Positions 37,450 through 46,440 of a DNA stretch of 61,899 nt are shown here, one piece after another. Source of the stretch: a bacterium (lineage in GTDB: Bacteria; Patescibacteriota; Patescibacteriia; Patescibacteriales; XYC2-FULL-47-12). Under the pieces are notes generated by a model. The model saw nothing but the letters and a program-made list of their open reading frames with translations. It was not told the origin of the DNA and did no database searches. The position numbers were made by a program, and so were the translations under genes. Position 1 is the stretch's first letter. Each line of letters starts with the position of its first letter. Location: positions 1 to 61,899 of the forward strand of contig JAUYLZ010000027.1 of assembly GCA_030698385.1 (NCBI GenBank). The letters are read 5' to 3'.

Positions 37450-37713
37450 ATGAATAATAATAAGAATAATAAGACAGATAAAGCTATTATTGACCGGATA
37501 AAAAAAGAAATAGAAATCATGCGCCCCTTTATCCAAGAAGATGGCGGTGATGTTGAGTTTGTCAGCTTTGACGAGTCAAACGGCATTGTAGCGGTTGATC
37601 TGCAGGGACACTGCGTAGGTTGCGCGCTCTCGCAGGTGACGCTCAAACAAGGTTTGGAGGTAAATCTAAAAACGGCCGTGCCGGAAGTAAAAGAAGTGGT
37701 TATCGCCGAATAA
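37450..37713 (+). CDS. NifU C-terminal domain (Nfu-type Fe-S scaffold) protein
   Basis: 87-aa ORF with GGDVEFVSF...LQGHCVGCALS (CxxC). Confidence 0.8.
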   Translation: MNNNKNNKTDKAIIDRIKKEIEIMRPFIQEDGGDVEFVSFDESNGIVAVDLQGHCVGCALSQVTLKQGLEVNLKTAVPEVKEVVIAE

Positions 37714-37725
37714 TTTTTTGCTATT

Positions 37726-37762
37726 AAAAAAATCCCGCGAAAAATAAATCGCGGGATTTTTA
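37726..37762. terminator. Bidirectional rho-independent terminator
   Basis: ATCCCGCGA-N8-TCGCGGGAT flanked by A- and T-runs. Confidence 0.7.
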
Positions 37763-37766
37763 TTAT

Positions 37767-38123
37767 TTAATTTTCAGTACCGGCAGTTTTTGCTTCAGTT
37801 GGATTATCAGTTGCCTTTGCTTCAGTATTTTCTTTGACGCCTGCCTCGTTACGCTCAATAAAAGGCGACTTTAAATTACTGATATCGCGCAGTTCATAGC
37901 TTTTTTTCAGTTCAATGAGATTGTAGGCTTGGTCAAAAATCTCTTGATTGATGCTGGGAAAAACATTGTTGCTTTTTAGTTCATGGATTTCAGAAACGCG
38001 CTGCATGGTTAAATAAAAATTGTTGTACAAAAAAAGCAGGGTACTGAAAAAAATTATCAATATGCCGAGCATCAGAATAATTTTTTTTTGTTGCAGATTT
38101 AGTTTTTGGATATTAAACTTCAT
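37767..38123 (-). CDS. Membrane-anchored protein, last gene of the pilus operon (PilP-position)
   Basis: 118-aa ORF with one TM helix. The call rests on position only. Confidence 0.4.
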   Translation of the reverse strand: MKFNIQKLNLQQKKIILMLGILIIFFSTLLFLYNNFYLTMQRVSEIHELKSNNVFPSINQEIFDQAYNLIELKKSYELRDISNLKSPFIERNEAGVKENTEAKATDNPTEAKTAGTEN

Positions 38124-38129
38124 ATTTAA

Positions 38130-38681
38130 TTACTGCCAGTAAATTTTTGATGAAATGACAACATCAATGAAGTTAGAATTATTTTCATCTTGTTTACTGC
38201 TAATTTTTATATCATCAATATTTATATAAAAAGGGAGCTTTTCCAGATTATCCAGATACCTCAACGAGTTATTAAAATCACCGCTGATCCAAATTTGCAG
38301 TTCACTGACATAGTAATTCGTGCCCTCAATAGCCGTAATGTCTCTAAAGTTAATTTTTTGTTCAACATTGTAAAGTGAAGCGTTGTCTTCAAGCGCGGTA
38401 ATCAGTTCCAGCCGGCGATTGTTGCTCAGAACAGTGTCATTAAAAACTTTTTGCTTTTCTTCATATTGATTAAGTATGACCAAAAAATCTTCCAGAGTTA
38501 TTTTTTCAGCCTTTTTTTGCATTTCACTATTCATAATCCTGACTTCATTGGAAATATCGTTTAACTTGGAAAAATTAGGCAGTATAGAAAAATAAAACAA
38601 GACCAATACAATTATTAATCCAATGCTTAGGAACAACCACATGTTCTTGATATTTACTATTTTTTTAAAAAAATTAATCAT
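38130..38681 (-). CDS. pilO: PilO-like pilus assembly protein
   Basis: 183-aa ORF with an N-terminal TM helix and coiled coil. Follows pilN with an overlapping stop/start. Confidence 0.5.
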   Translation of the reverse strand: MINFFKKIVNIKNMWLFLSIGLIIVLVLFYFSILPNFSKLNDISNEVRIMNSEMQKKAEKITLEDFLVILNQYEEKQKVFNDTVLSNNRRLELITALEDNASLYNVEQKINFRDITAIEGTNYYVSELQIWISGDFNNSLRYLDNLEKLPFYINIDDIKISSKQDENNSNFIDVVISSKIYWQ

Positions 38682-39208
38682 TAATTCATCTCTTTAATTA
38701 TTAAGTCCGCTTTTATATTAAAGCTGATATCATCTTTTTGAGAAAGATTCTGTATTGGCAGATCGACATTTTCCAGCTCCGGTATTTGCGTCAGGTCATC
38801 TTTAAATTTAAGAAGTTCGCTTCGCGACGGCGAGAAGCCGCTGATAGTAAAAGCAGAATTTTCTTCGTTGAAAGACAGATGTGAAATTATAATTTTTGCC
38901 GGCACGCGTTTGGTGATATCAATGATGATACCAGACCAGTTTATATGCTCAGTCTGAATTTTATGAAGAAAGTTTGCTAAATTATTAATATTTTTAATTT
39001 TAACATTGATAATTTCATCCGGAGATGTATTATTTGCTATATATTTTTCAACGCTGTTCACGACAATAGCTTTACTGGCGCTCACTAGAACGCTAATAGT
39101 AACCGTGGTTAGAACGACAGTAATAACTAATTCTTTTAGGAATTTATTTGCTTGTTCCTTGCGCAGTTTATGTTTTTGTTGGCTTGAAAGCAGGTTTAAC
39201 GTTAGCAT
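38681..39208 (-). CDS. pilN: PilN-like pilus assembly protein
   Basis: 175-aa ORF. N-terminal LNLL...K motif followed by a TM helix, directly after pilM. Confidence 0.6.
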   Translation of the reverse strand: MLTLNLLSSQQKHKLRKEQANKFLKELVITVVLTTVTISVLVSASKAIVVNSVEKYIANNTSPDEIINVKIKNINNLANFLHKIQTEHINWSGIIIDITKRVPAKIIISHLSFNEENSAFTISGFSPSRSELLKFKDDLTQIPELENVDLPIQNLSQKDDISFNIKADLIIKEMN

Positions 39209-40330
39209 CTATTTAAGTTTATCAGAATAAATTCCTCGCAGAGCCAGCCCAATGGCAGTGGCGAATTGTAGCGACATGTTTTGCTTCACTTTATTTTTTT
39301 TCGCTAGTTTTTTAAAGGTGGAGTATTCTTCATGCAAATACTTTTGTTCAATACTGTAATTAATATTGAAGTTCATTAACACATTTCCAATGTAAACCGG
39401 AATTTTAAGCTCACTAGTCAGCTTATCGGCTATGCCGTTTATTTGCGTGCCGCCGCCGGAGAGATAAATGCGGTTCACTTCGCTGTACTCCGGGTAGTTT
39501 GTTCGAAGATGTTCGGCTACTTCTTTGATGCGGTCAGCGAGTTTTTTTATTTTGTTATTAAGAATTTTTGCGATATCGCCGTTCGCGTGATGCGGGTCAA
39601 GACCGCAGACGATTTTGGCGGCTTCAGCCTTATGTTTTGGAATTCTGAGTTTTTTCGCGATGTCGTCCGTAATCTCATGGCCGGATAGCGGCAGGCTCAT
39701 GGTAAATAATATTGAATTATTGGCAAAAGCAACACAACTTGATCTTTCCGCGCCAACATCTACGATTAGAGTCGGCAGAATTTTTTTTGCTGAAATAGGC
39801 AGAAGGCTTCGAGAGATAGCAACCGCCTCTATTTCCAGCGCGATTGGCGTTAAACCGGCTTCATTCAAAATATTATAGTATTGATTGGCAACTTTTTTTT
39901 CAACTATGCCTACCAGCACTTTCTTTATTTTTTTATTTTTTTCAACTACCTGCCAGTCGTAATTAACTTCATCCAAGGTATAGGGTATATTTTTTTCTAT
40001 TTTACGTTCCAGCACGTTTCTGAATTCGCCTTCGGACGCGTCAATATCTATTAAATTAATAAAAGTTTTTGTCTCCGGCAGGGAAGCAATGACATTTTTG
40101 CTGGATATTTTTCCGTACATTGGTTTATTAATTAGCTTGTTAATAATACCGATTACTGTTTTTTGATCTTTGATAATACCATCTTCAATAGCTCCGCTTG
40201 GCACGCGCCATTTTCCGATAGCTTGCAGAACAATGTTGTGCCGTTTTTTATTTAGCTGGACAATTTTAAAAGACCGATCTGAGATATCGAGTCCGAATGG
40301 ATATTTTGATGGAGCTGAAAATATGTTCAT
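39209..40330 (-). CDS. pilM: Type IV pilus assembly ATPase-like protein PilM
   Basis: 373-aa ORF with an actin-like fold pattern (GLDISDRSFKIVQL, DVGAERSS, LSGGGTQINGI). Confidence 0.85.
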   Translation of the reverse strand: MNIFSAPSKYPFGLDISDRSFKIVQLNKKRHNIVLQAIGKWRVPSGAIEDGIIKDQKTVIGIINKLINKPMYGKISSKNVIASLPETKTFINLIDIDASEGEFRNVLERKIEKNIPYTLDEVNYDWQVVEKNKKIKKVLVGIVEKKVANQYYNILNEAGLTPIALEIEAVAISRSLLPISAKKILPTLIVDVGAERSSCVAFANNSILFTMSLPLSGHEITDDIAKKLRIPKHKAEAAKIVCGLDPHHANGDIAKILNNKIKKLADRIKEVAEHLRTNYPEYSEVNRIYLSGGGTQINGIADKLTSELKIPVYIGNVLMNFNINYSIEQKYLHEEYSTFKKLAKKNKVKQNMSLQFATAIGLALRGIYSDKLK

Positions 40331-40347
40331 ATAATTATTATATCATA

Positions 40348-41595
40348 TCAATACTCTTCTTCCCAATGTTCAATGGTTATAATCGGTGAAAAAGCAAAGC
40401 CGACAAATATTTCATCCAGATAACCATTGTTCAAGGTAATGTTAACTGGCCGCCAGGAACTGGTAATTGTCAGCTTGTGGCTGACCAGTCCGCCTTCCGC
40501 GTCGAATGAAAATGTATTTAACGGCAAACCGGTAATCGTGAGCTGATCATTGGCATAAGCAACTCCTTGCAGATTGATATTGCCGGTGTACACATACATT
40601 GTTAAGTTTCTTTTTGCCAGCAAGCCTGTCGGGTGGCCGTTATGGGTGATGGTAATATCGGGATTGCCGCAACGTCCGTTGAAACATAGTTTTTTTCCAA
40701 TTTCAATATCTCTATCAGAGAGCAGTATGCCGTTGATTATCAAATTAGTGTTGCCTTCAATAGTAATATCTCCGGTCACGTAAGTAATCGGATCATTTAA
40801 AGTTAGCGTTTGGTTGTTCTCTAATAACGTTTTAAATTCATTGGCGGTATAGACAACGTCTGCTTGATTCAAAAACGAATTGGAGTCAACCGAATCAAAA
40901 TCAATCGCCGGCATGCTGATTTCCGCCGCGGCCGGCGGGTAATTCTGAGCATGGACATACTGTGAATCAGTATCTATATCAACACCTCTGGTAAATATGT
41001 TTGAGAGCCAAGACTTAACTAAATTGCCGACAGCGTTTAAATCTTCGTCAATATTCACCGTGCTGGCGCCGTTTACGGTAAATACGTTGTTGGAGTGGGC
41101 GCTGCCTCCCAGAAAGTTAGCCACGCTTAGCGATATATCAATATTGCCATCGGCGTAAGCGCCGTTGTTGCCCAGCGGGTTGCCGCCGGTTGCTTTAAAC
41201 ACGCTGGTTTTGACAATGCGCTGGGCGCTGGAACTGGCGGAAATATTAATAATGCCGGTTGCCTCAATATCGGCGTGAGCTTGGCTGGTTTTTGTGATGG
41301 TGACTGAGTAGGAGTCGTTGCTATTAAAAACAGCATTGCGCGAAAAAGTGACTGTCCATGCGCTGGCGCTGACAAAACTGTCGCCATAACCGTCAATATT
41401 ATTTTTTATTTTAAAAATAGCTTCTTGAACGCCGGCCTCGGCTAAATAATAGCTTCGCAGAGCGTAAGTATGGCTATTGGCAATTTTGTTGTCGCCAAGC
41501 GCGAGCGACAAAAAATACATGCCCAAAAAAAGCATCAGTGAAACTATGAGCATTGTCAGAATCAATGAATTGCCTTTTTTGTTTTTCAAATTCAT
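40348..41595 (-). CDS. PilX-N-domain-like pilus-associated protein
   Basis: 415-aa ORF. N-terminus KKGNSLILTMLIVSLMLFLGMYFLSLAL, followed by a beta-rich region. Confidence 0.5.
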   Translation of the reverse strand: MNLKNKKGNSLILTMLIVSLMLFLGMYFLSLALGDNKIANSHTYALRSYYLAEAGVQEAIFKIKNNIDGYGDSFVSASAWTVTFSRNAVFNSNDSYSVTITKTSQAHADIEATGIINISASSSAQRIVKTSVFKATGGNPLGNNGAYADGNIDISLSVANFLGGSAHSNNVFTVNGASTVNIDEDLNAVGNLVKSWLSNIFTRGVDIDTDSQYVHAQNYPPAAAEISMPAIDFDSVDSNSFLNQADVVYTANEFKTLLENNQTLTLNDPITYVTGDITIEGNTNLIINGILLSDRDIEIGKKLCFNGRCGNPDITITHNGHPTGLLAKRNLTMYVYTGNINLQGVAYANDQLTITGLPLNTFSFDAEGGLVSHKLTITSSWRPVNITLNNGYLDEIFVGFAFSPIITIEHWEEEY

Positions 41596-41616
41596 GGTAG
41601 TGGTTAGTTCGGTTGA

Positions 41617-42213
41617 TTATAAATTTCGGCCATAGACTGCCGTGATGAGTTCAGTATTTTGCCCATTTTTTTCAAGCGTTACGGCGATATTTATCAGGTT
41701 TGTTCCCCAGATACTTAGCGTTTCAAAGAACTCGCCGATTAATTGTGTTTGCGGCGCTGTCTTTAGCGGCGGATTGCCGAATCCGTCCAAGCTATCCCAG
41801 CGCACAAAAATTGTCGGTTCGTCATTAAAGTAATAAGCGAACTCTTCGCGGTATATCTCGCGGCTTGCGTTATCCAGATAATATTTAATATAACTGATGT
41901 CGGTCGTATCGTGTCCGTCTTGGAATTCTATCTCATCTTTGGGCGGATTTATGATGTCGCCGCTTGTCGGCGGCAGAACAGTGACTATTTCTTGGGATTG
42001 TCTTATTTCGCGAGTCGCTCTGTCCAGCACCACTCGAGCATTCTGCCATAATTCGTTATCATTCCCGCCAGTGCGGTAACTGCGTTGCGCCAGGTTATAG
42101 GTTGAGTAAACTATAGTTACGATTATTACAAAAATTGAGATGCTAATCATTACCTCAATTAAGGTAAAACCAAAGTTTTTTATTTTATTTTTTTTCAAAA
42201 AAAATGAATTCAT
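41617..42213 (-). CDS. Prepilin-type N-terminal cleavage/methylation domain protein (minor pilin)
   Basis: 198-aa ORF with the G/FTLIE motif (NFGFTLIEVMISISIFVII). Confidence 0.75.
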   Translation of the reverse strand: MNSFFLKKNKIKNFGFTLIEVMISISIFVIIVTIVYSTYNLAQRSYRTGGNDNELWQNARVVLDRATREIRQSQEIVTVLPPTSGDIINPPKDEIEFQDGHDTTDISYIKYYLDNASREIYREEFAYYFNDEPTIFVRWDSLDGFGNPPLKTAPQTQLIGEFFETLSIWGTNLINIAVTLEKNGQNTELITAVYGRNL

Positions 42214-42218
42214 AAAGT

Positions 42219-42650
42219 TTATTTTTGGCTAATGATGGTTTCAAGCTTGTAATTTGTCTCCTGAAAGCTAAAGTTGTCATTCCAAAAAACAGTTACGGTA
42301 ATTTTTTTTAGGCCATTATCATTAATGTCAACATTTAGATCTTCATCAAGGTAATCAACATCTGTTTGCCTTTGAAAATGATATAAATAGCTTGTTTGAT
42401 CAAGTGATAGCCTGTCCTTTGCTTCTATCGTGCCAATGCCCAGCGCGTCGTAGCCAAGGCTGAGCGCCTGCTCAATCCCTATCTGCGCCAAGAATGCCGC
42501 GTGGCTTAGATTGGCTGACCGGTTATTTATTCTCAGGCTGTAAGGAAAAATGGTAATTATTGACAGCAACACCGTCATGACAATAGCCAAACTGACGCTA
42601 ATTTCAATTAGCGTAAATCCCCGAATATTTTTTTTCTTTGTCAAAAACAT
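42219..42650 (-). CDS. Prepilin-type N-terminal cleavage/methylation domain protein (minor pilin)
   Basis: 143-aa ORF with RGFTLIEISVSLAIV. Confidence 0.75.
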   Translation of the reverse strand: MFLTKKKNIRGFTLIEISVSLAIVMTVLLSIITIFPYSLRINNRSANLSHAAFLAQIGIEQALSLGYDALGIGTIEAKDRLSLDQTSYLYHFQRQTDVDYLDEDLNVDINDNGLKKITVTVFWNDNFSFQETNYKLETIISQK

Positions 42651-42658
42651 TTAATTAT

Positions 42659-43117
42659 TTATTGATGCCACTGAATATATCCGGATGGCCGAACATCAAT
42701 AGCGGCTGTTTGCCCATTTGAATTAATTAAAACTATCTGACCGGCTTCGCTAACGGCTCCAAAAGAGTTGTAGATAACTTTATCATCGGTTAGATCGGTT
42801 ATTGACTGGTAGCTTACGGTCGGATCCAGTTCTACATTTTTAATTGGATCAGCCGGATCGCTTTGTTTATAGATAGCGTATCGGCTGTTTATCTGGTCCA
42901 TTTCCAGGTAATAAACTTCTTGTTCAGAAACTGTCAGCTGTTGAGTATAGCGCAGGTCTGAGATCAATTCTTTGGCAGTGCCATTTAAGATTAATTTTGG
43001 TTGATATTGGCGAATAAATGGGATTGAGATTAAAGAAAGCATCACAATAATACCAATGCTAACCAGCAATTGCATCAGGAGCGCGCCTTTTTTTGATTGC
43101 GGAAAAAAATTAAACAT
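42659..43117 (-). CDS. GspH/FimT-like minor pilin with an atypical N-terminus
   Basis: 152-aa ORF. The KKG/ALLMQLLVS hydrophobic helix has Gln instead of Glu at position +5. Confidence 0.5.
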   Translation of the reverse strand: MFNFFPQSKKGALLMQLLVSIGIIVMLSLISIPFIRQYQPKLILNGTAKELISDLRYTQQLTVSEQEVYYLEMDQINSRYAIYKQSDPADPIKNVELDPTVSYQSITDLTDDKVIYNSFGAVSEAGQIVLINSNGQTAAIDVRPSGYIQWHQ

Positions 43118-43129
43118 GATTAAATTTTT

Positions 43130-44575
43130 TTAAAATGCCTGAGTCAAAGCGTACATTGGCTGGATGATAGCGACTGCCATGCCGCCAATCGCCACGCCGA
43201 GCACTAGAATTAAAAGCGGTTCAATGATCGAAGGCAAAGTTTCCATGATAGTTTTCACTTCATCTTCGTAGAATCCGGCTAGTTCGTCAAGAATTGAATC
43301 AAGTTCGCCGGTTTCTTCGCCGACATTAATCATTTGCAGTATGACGTGTGAATAGAGGTTTGGATAATTAACCAAAACTTCGTGTATTTGTTCGCCTTTT
43401 TTTATCTTGTCAGCGGCGATTTGCAGTGATTTTTTGTAATGCAAGTTACCAAGAGTATTAGCCGTTATCTGGAAGCTCTCAACTATTTTTATGTCGGTTT
43501 TTAGCAGGGAGCTCATGGTTCTGGCAAATCGAGCTAAATTAACTTTTTTAATTATCGGACCGATCACTGGCGACTTTAAAATCAGCCATTGCCAATAGTA
43601 GAGTCCGGAGTAGGTTTTTAGAGCGCGGTAAAAAGCAATCACTATCGCTAGTAAAACTCCGCCAAAAATCAGGCCGTGATTCGTAATGGCGTCACTGACG
43701 GCAATAAGTATCTTGGTCATGAGCGGCAGTTCCATGTTAACGCCGCGAAAAATGTCAATTATTTTTGGAACAATGAAAATCATCATGCCGGTGCCAATTC
43801 CACCCATCGCAAACAGAATAACCGACGGGTAGATCATCGCACTGCGAATTTTGCTTACTAATTCGTGATCTTTTTTCATCTGCAGATAGAGTTGTTTTAG
43901 CACCTCCTCCAGTTTTCCGCTGACCTCGCCAGCCGAGATCATATTGATGAACAAATCAGTAAAAATTTTGTGGTAGACTTCCAAGCTTTCCGCCAAGGTG
44001 TGTCCTTCTTCAACTCGTTTTGACACATCTATTAGTATTTTTTTAAAACGTTTATTGTTTGTCTGTTCGGCCAATGTCTGCAGTGATTTTGATAAAGAAA
44101 TACCAGCCTTAACCATGACACCCAAATGTTGAACAAAAAAAAGTTTCTCTGCCGAGGGAATTCTTTGAAATTTAACCAAGTAGTCATTTATTTTTTCGAG
44201 CGTGCTAGTTGTCTCCGGGTCATTTTTGTCAGTAGTTTTTTTTCTTTCAATTTTTTGTTCGTCATCTGAGTTATCTTTTTCCTCATCCATATTGTCAGCG
44301 TCTTGTTCGGATTCATCAGTAATGTCATCAGCTTGCACTGATTCGTCAGTATTGTCGTTAGCTGGAGAGTACTTACTCTCCTCATTTTCGGTTTCACTAT
44401 TATCTTCGCGGCTTTCATCGGCTTCCGCTTCATCAGAATTTTCAGCGGGTTTTTTTTCTTCAACTAAATCATTGCCTTCTTCATATTCAATTTTGTTTGT
44501 TAAATCATTAATTTCGTTGCTTTGCTCGGTCGCGAGAACTTCTGATTGAAAACTTTCCTCCTTGTTATCTGGCAT
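43130..44575 (-). CDS. pilC: Type IV pilus platform protein PilC (GspF family) with an acidic N-terminal extension
   Basis: 481-aa ORF with two T2SS-F repeats. The first roughly 130 aa are a low-complexity D/E/N-rich region. Confidence 0.9.
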   Translation of the reverse strand: MPDNKEESFQSEVLATEQSNEINDLTNKIEYEEGNDLVEEKKPAENSDEAEADESREDNSETENEESKYSPANDNTDESVQADDITDESEQDADNMDEEKDNSDDEQKIERKKTTDKNDPETTSTLEKINDYLVKFQRIPSAEKLFFVQHLGVMVKAGISLSKSLQTLAEQTNNKRFKKILIDVSKRVEEGHTLAESLEVYHKIFTDLFINMISAGEVSGKLEEVLKQLYLQMKKDHELVSKIRSAMIYPSVILFAMGGIGTGMMIFIVPKIIDIFRGVNMELPLMTKILIAVSDAITNHGLIFGGVLLAIVIAFYRALKTYSGLYYWQWLILKSPVIGPIIKKVNLARFARTMSSLLKTDIKIVESFQITANTLGNLHYKKSLQIAADKIKKGEQIHEVLVNYPNLYSHVILQMINVGEETGELDSILDELAGFYEDEVKTIMETLPSIIEPLLILVLGVAIGGMAVAIIQPMYALTQAF

Positions 44576-44597
44576 ATTAGTAGAGTTAATTTATTTA

Positions 44598-46334
44598 TTA
44601 TTCTTTGGTTACGCGCAAAACTTCATCAATTGTTGTCTTGCCATTTTTTGCCTTGATAAAACCGTCTTCCACCATTATCATCACTCCTTCAGAGGCAACC
44701 TGTCCACGCAGATCGTTTTCTGAGGCTCCTTTGGCTATCAATCTGGATAGTTCGGGAGTAATATCAAGTGTTTCATAAATTCCCAGCCGTCCGCGATAAC
44801 CGCTATTGCCGCACTGCTGACAACCTTTGCCTTTGTAGAATAGCAGTTTTTCAAAAGATTTGTCTTTTTCAGAGATTACTTTTTCTTTTTTTAGAGTATT
44901 GAGAATTAAATCCAAATCAACTTGTTTTTTGATATGTTCGATTTCTTCTTTTTTTAAATAATAACTGTAGATGCAGTCCGGGCAGATTTTTCGCACCAAA
45001 CGCTGAGCGATAATGATATTTGTCGTGGAGGAGACGAGAAATGGAGCCACGCCCATTTCTAGCAAGCGCGGTAAAGTTGTTAACGCGTCATTTGTGTGCA
45101 AGGTTGAAAGCACCAAATGACCGGTCAGAGCCGCGTGTACGGCGATTTCGGCGGTTTCATTGTCGCGGATTTCGCCAACCATAATAATATCCGGATCTTG
45201 GCGCAAAAAGGCGCGCAGGCCGGAGGCAAATGTATAGCCGATTTTTGGGTTAACTTGGCTCTGATTGACATGTTCAATGTGGTACTCAATTGGATCTTCA
45301 ATCGTTGAAATATTTACATCAGGAGTATTCAATATATTTATAATTGTATATAGCGTGGTTGTCTTGCCGCTGCCGGTCGGACCGGTAACCAATATCATGC
45401 CGTGCGGTTTTTTTATATTTCTTTTTACCGATTCCATGCTTTGCGGCTGTAAGCCAAGTTCTTCAAGAGATAAAACTTTGGCTGTTTCATTGAGCAGGCG
45501 CATGACGATTTTTTCTCCATATGAAGCGGGAATTATCGATACACGGAAAGATATTTTTGTCTTACTATTTACGACTTTGAACCGGCCGTCCTGAGGCAGG
45601 CGATGCTCGTCAACTTTTAAATTAGCCAGCACTTTTATGCGCGCTATCAACGAAGAATGCGCTTTTTTAGGCAGAGTCATTACATTGCTCAGAATTCCGT
45701 CAACTCGATAACGAATGAGGGTTTGCTTTTCCTCCGGCTCAATATGAATATCAGATGCCCCTTCATAAAAAGCTTGTTCCAGAATTGTATCAATAATCCT
45801 GACAATCGGGAGTTCAGAACTTAGTTTTTGTAAGTCTTCGTCGTTTTCGCTTTTACTTTCATCAATATCTTTAAGCGCCGCTTTTAGCTTTTTGTGATAT
45901 TGCTTGAGAACCTTGTCAACGCTGGCTTGAGTCGTGATATGGATGACCGGATTAAGCGATGTTTTTTTCTTGATAGATTCAAAAAACTCAATGTCTTCCG
46001 GATTGAGAGTAGCGATAAAAATTTCACCTTTTTTATTGTCCACGTCAAAAATAACCGTCTTATGGTTTTGCGCGCTAGTTTCCGGAAGCAACAACAGCAG
46101 ATCTTTGCGGATTAGCTTTTTTTCCAGATTAACGTAAGGTATCTGCAGATAATCGGCAATTTGTTCAAACAAAGAATCTTCTGATACTAATTTTTTTTCA
46201 ATTACATAATCTATTAAAGATTTTTTTTCCGCGCTTGCTTCATCAACCAATTCTTTTAACTTTTTTTTGTCAACCATTTTGCTTTTGAGCAAAACTTCTT
46301 GTAATTTTTGACTGGATATCATAAATATTAACAA
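44598..46334 (-). CDS. pilB: Type IV pilus assembly ATPase PilB (GspE family)
   Basis: 578-aa ORF with Walker A GPTGSGKTTTLY, an Asp box, Walker B and a tetracysteine motif (CPDC...CQQC). An alternative start lies at M5. Confidence 0.93.
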   Translation of the reverse strand: MLIFMISSQKLQEVLLKSKMVDKKKLKELVDEASAEKKSLIDYVIEKKLVSEDSLFEQIADYLQIPYVNLEKKLIRKDLLLLLPETSAQNHKTVIFDVDNKKGEIFIATLNPEDIEFFESIKKKTSLNPVIHITTQASVDKVLKQYHKKLKAALKDIDESKSENDEDLQKLSSELPIVRIIDTILEQAFYEGASDIHIEPEEKQTLIRYRVDGILSNVMTLPKKAHSSLIARIKVLANLKVDEHRLPQDGRFKVVNSKTKISFRVSIIPASYGEKIVMRLLNETAKVLSLEELGLQPQSMESVKRNIKKPHGMILVTGPTGSGKTTTLYTIINILNTPDVNISTIEDPIEYHIEHVNQSQVNPKIGYTFASGLRAFLRQDPDIIMVGEIRDNETAEIAVHAALTGHLVLSTLHTNDALTTLPRLLEMGVAPFLVSSTTNIIIAQRLVRKICPDCIYSYYLKKEEIEHIKKQVDLDLILNTLKKEKVISEKDKSFEKLLFYKGKGCQQCGNSGYRGRLGIYETLDITPELSRLIAKGASENDLRGQVASEGVMIMVEDGFIKAKNGKTTIDEVLRVTKE

Positions 46335-46440
46335 TGTTTATAAATTGCTGTATTTAGTATAACATAATTTGACATAGAAATAAAATAATATTTTCAAAAT
46401 TTTTATTAATTTTTTTAAATGGTATAATAATATTAATCTA

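Noticed and set aside
44188-44549. ORFs 44188-44463- (alternative frame) and 44202-44549+ within the acidic region of pilC.
   Set aside because: They are by-products of the GA-rich low-complexity coding sequence of the pilC N-terminal extension.
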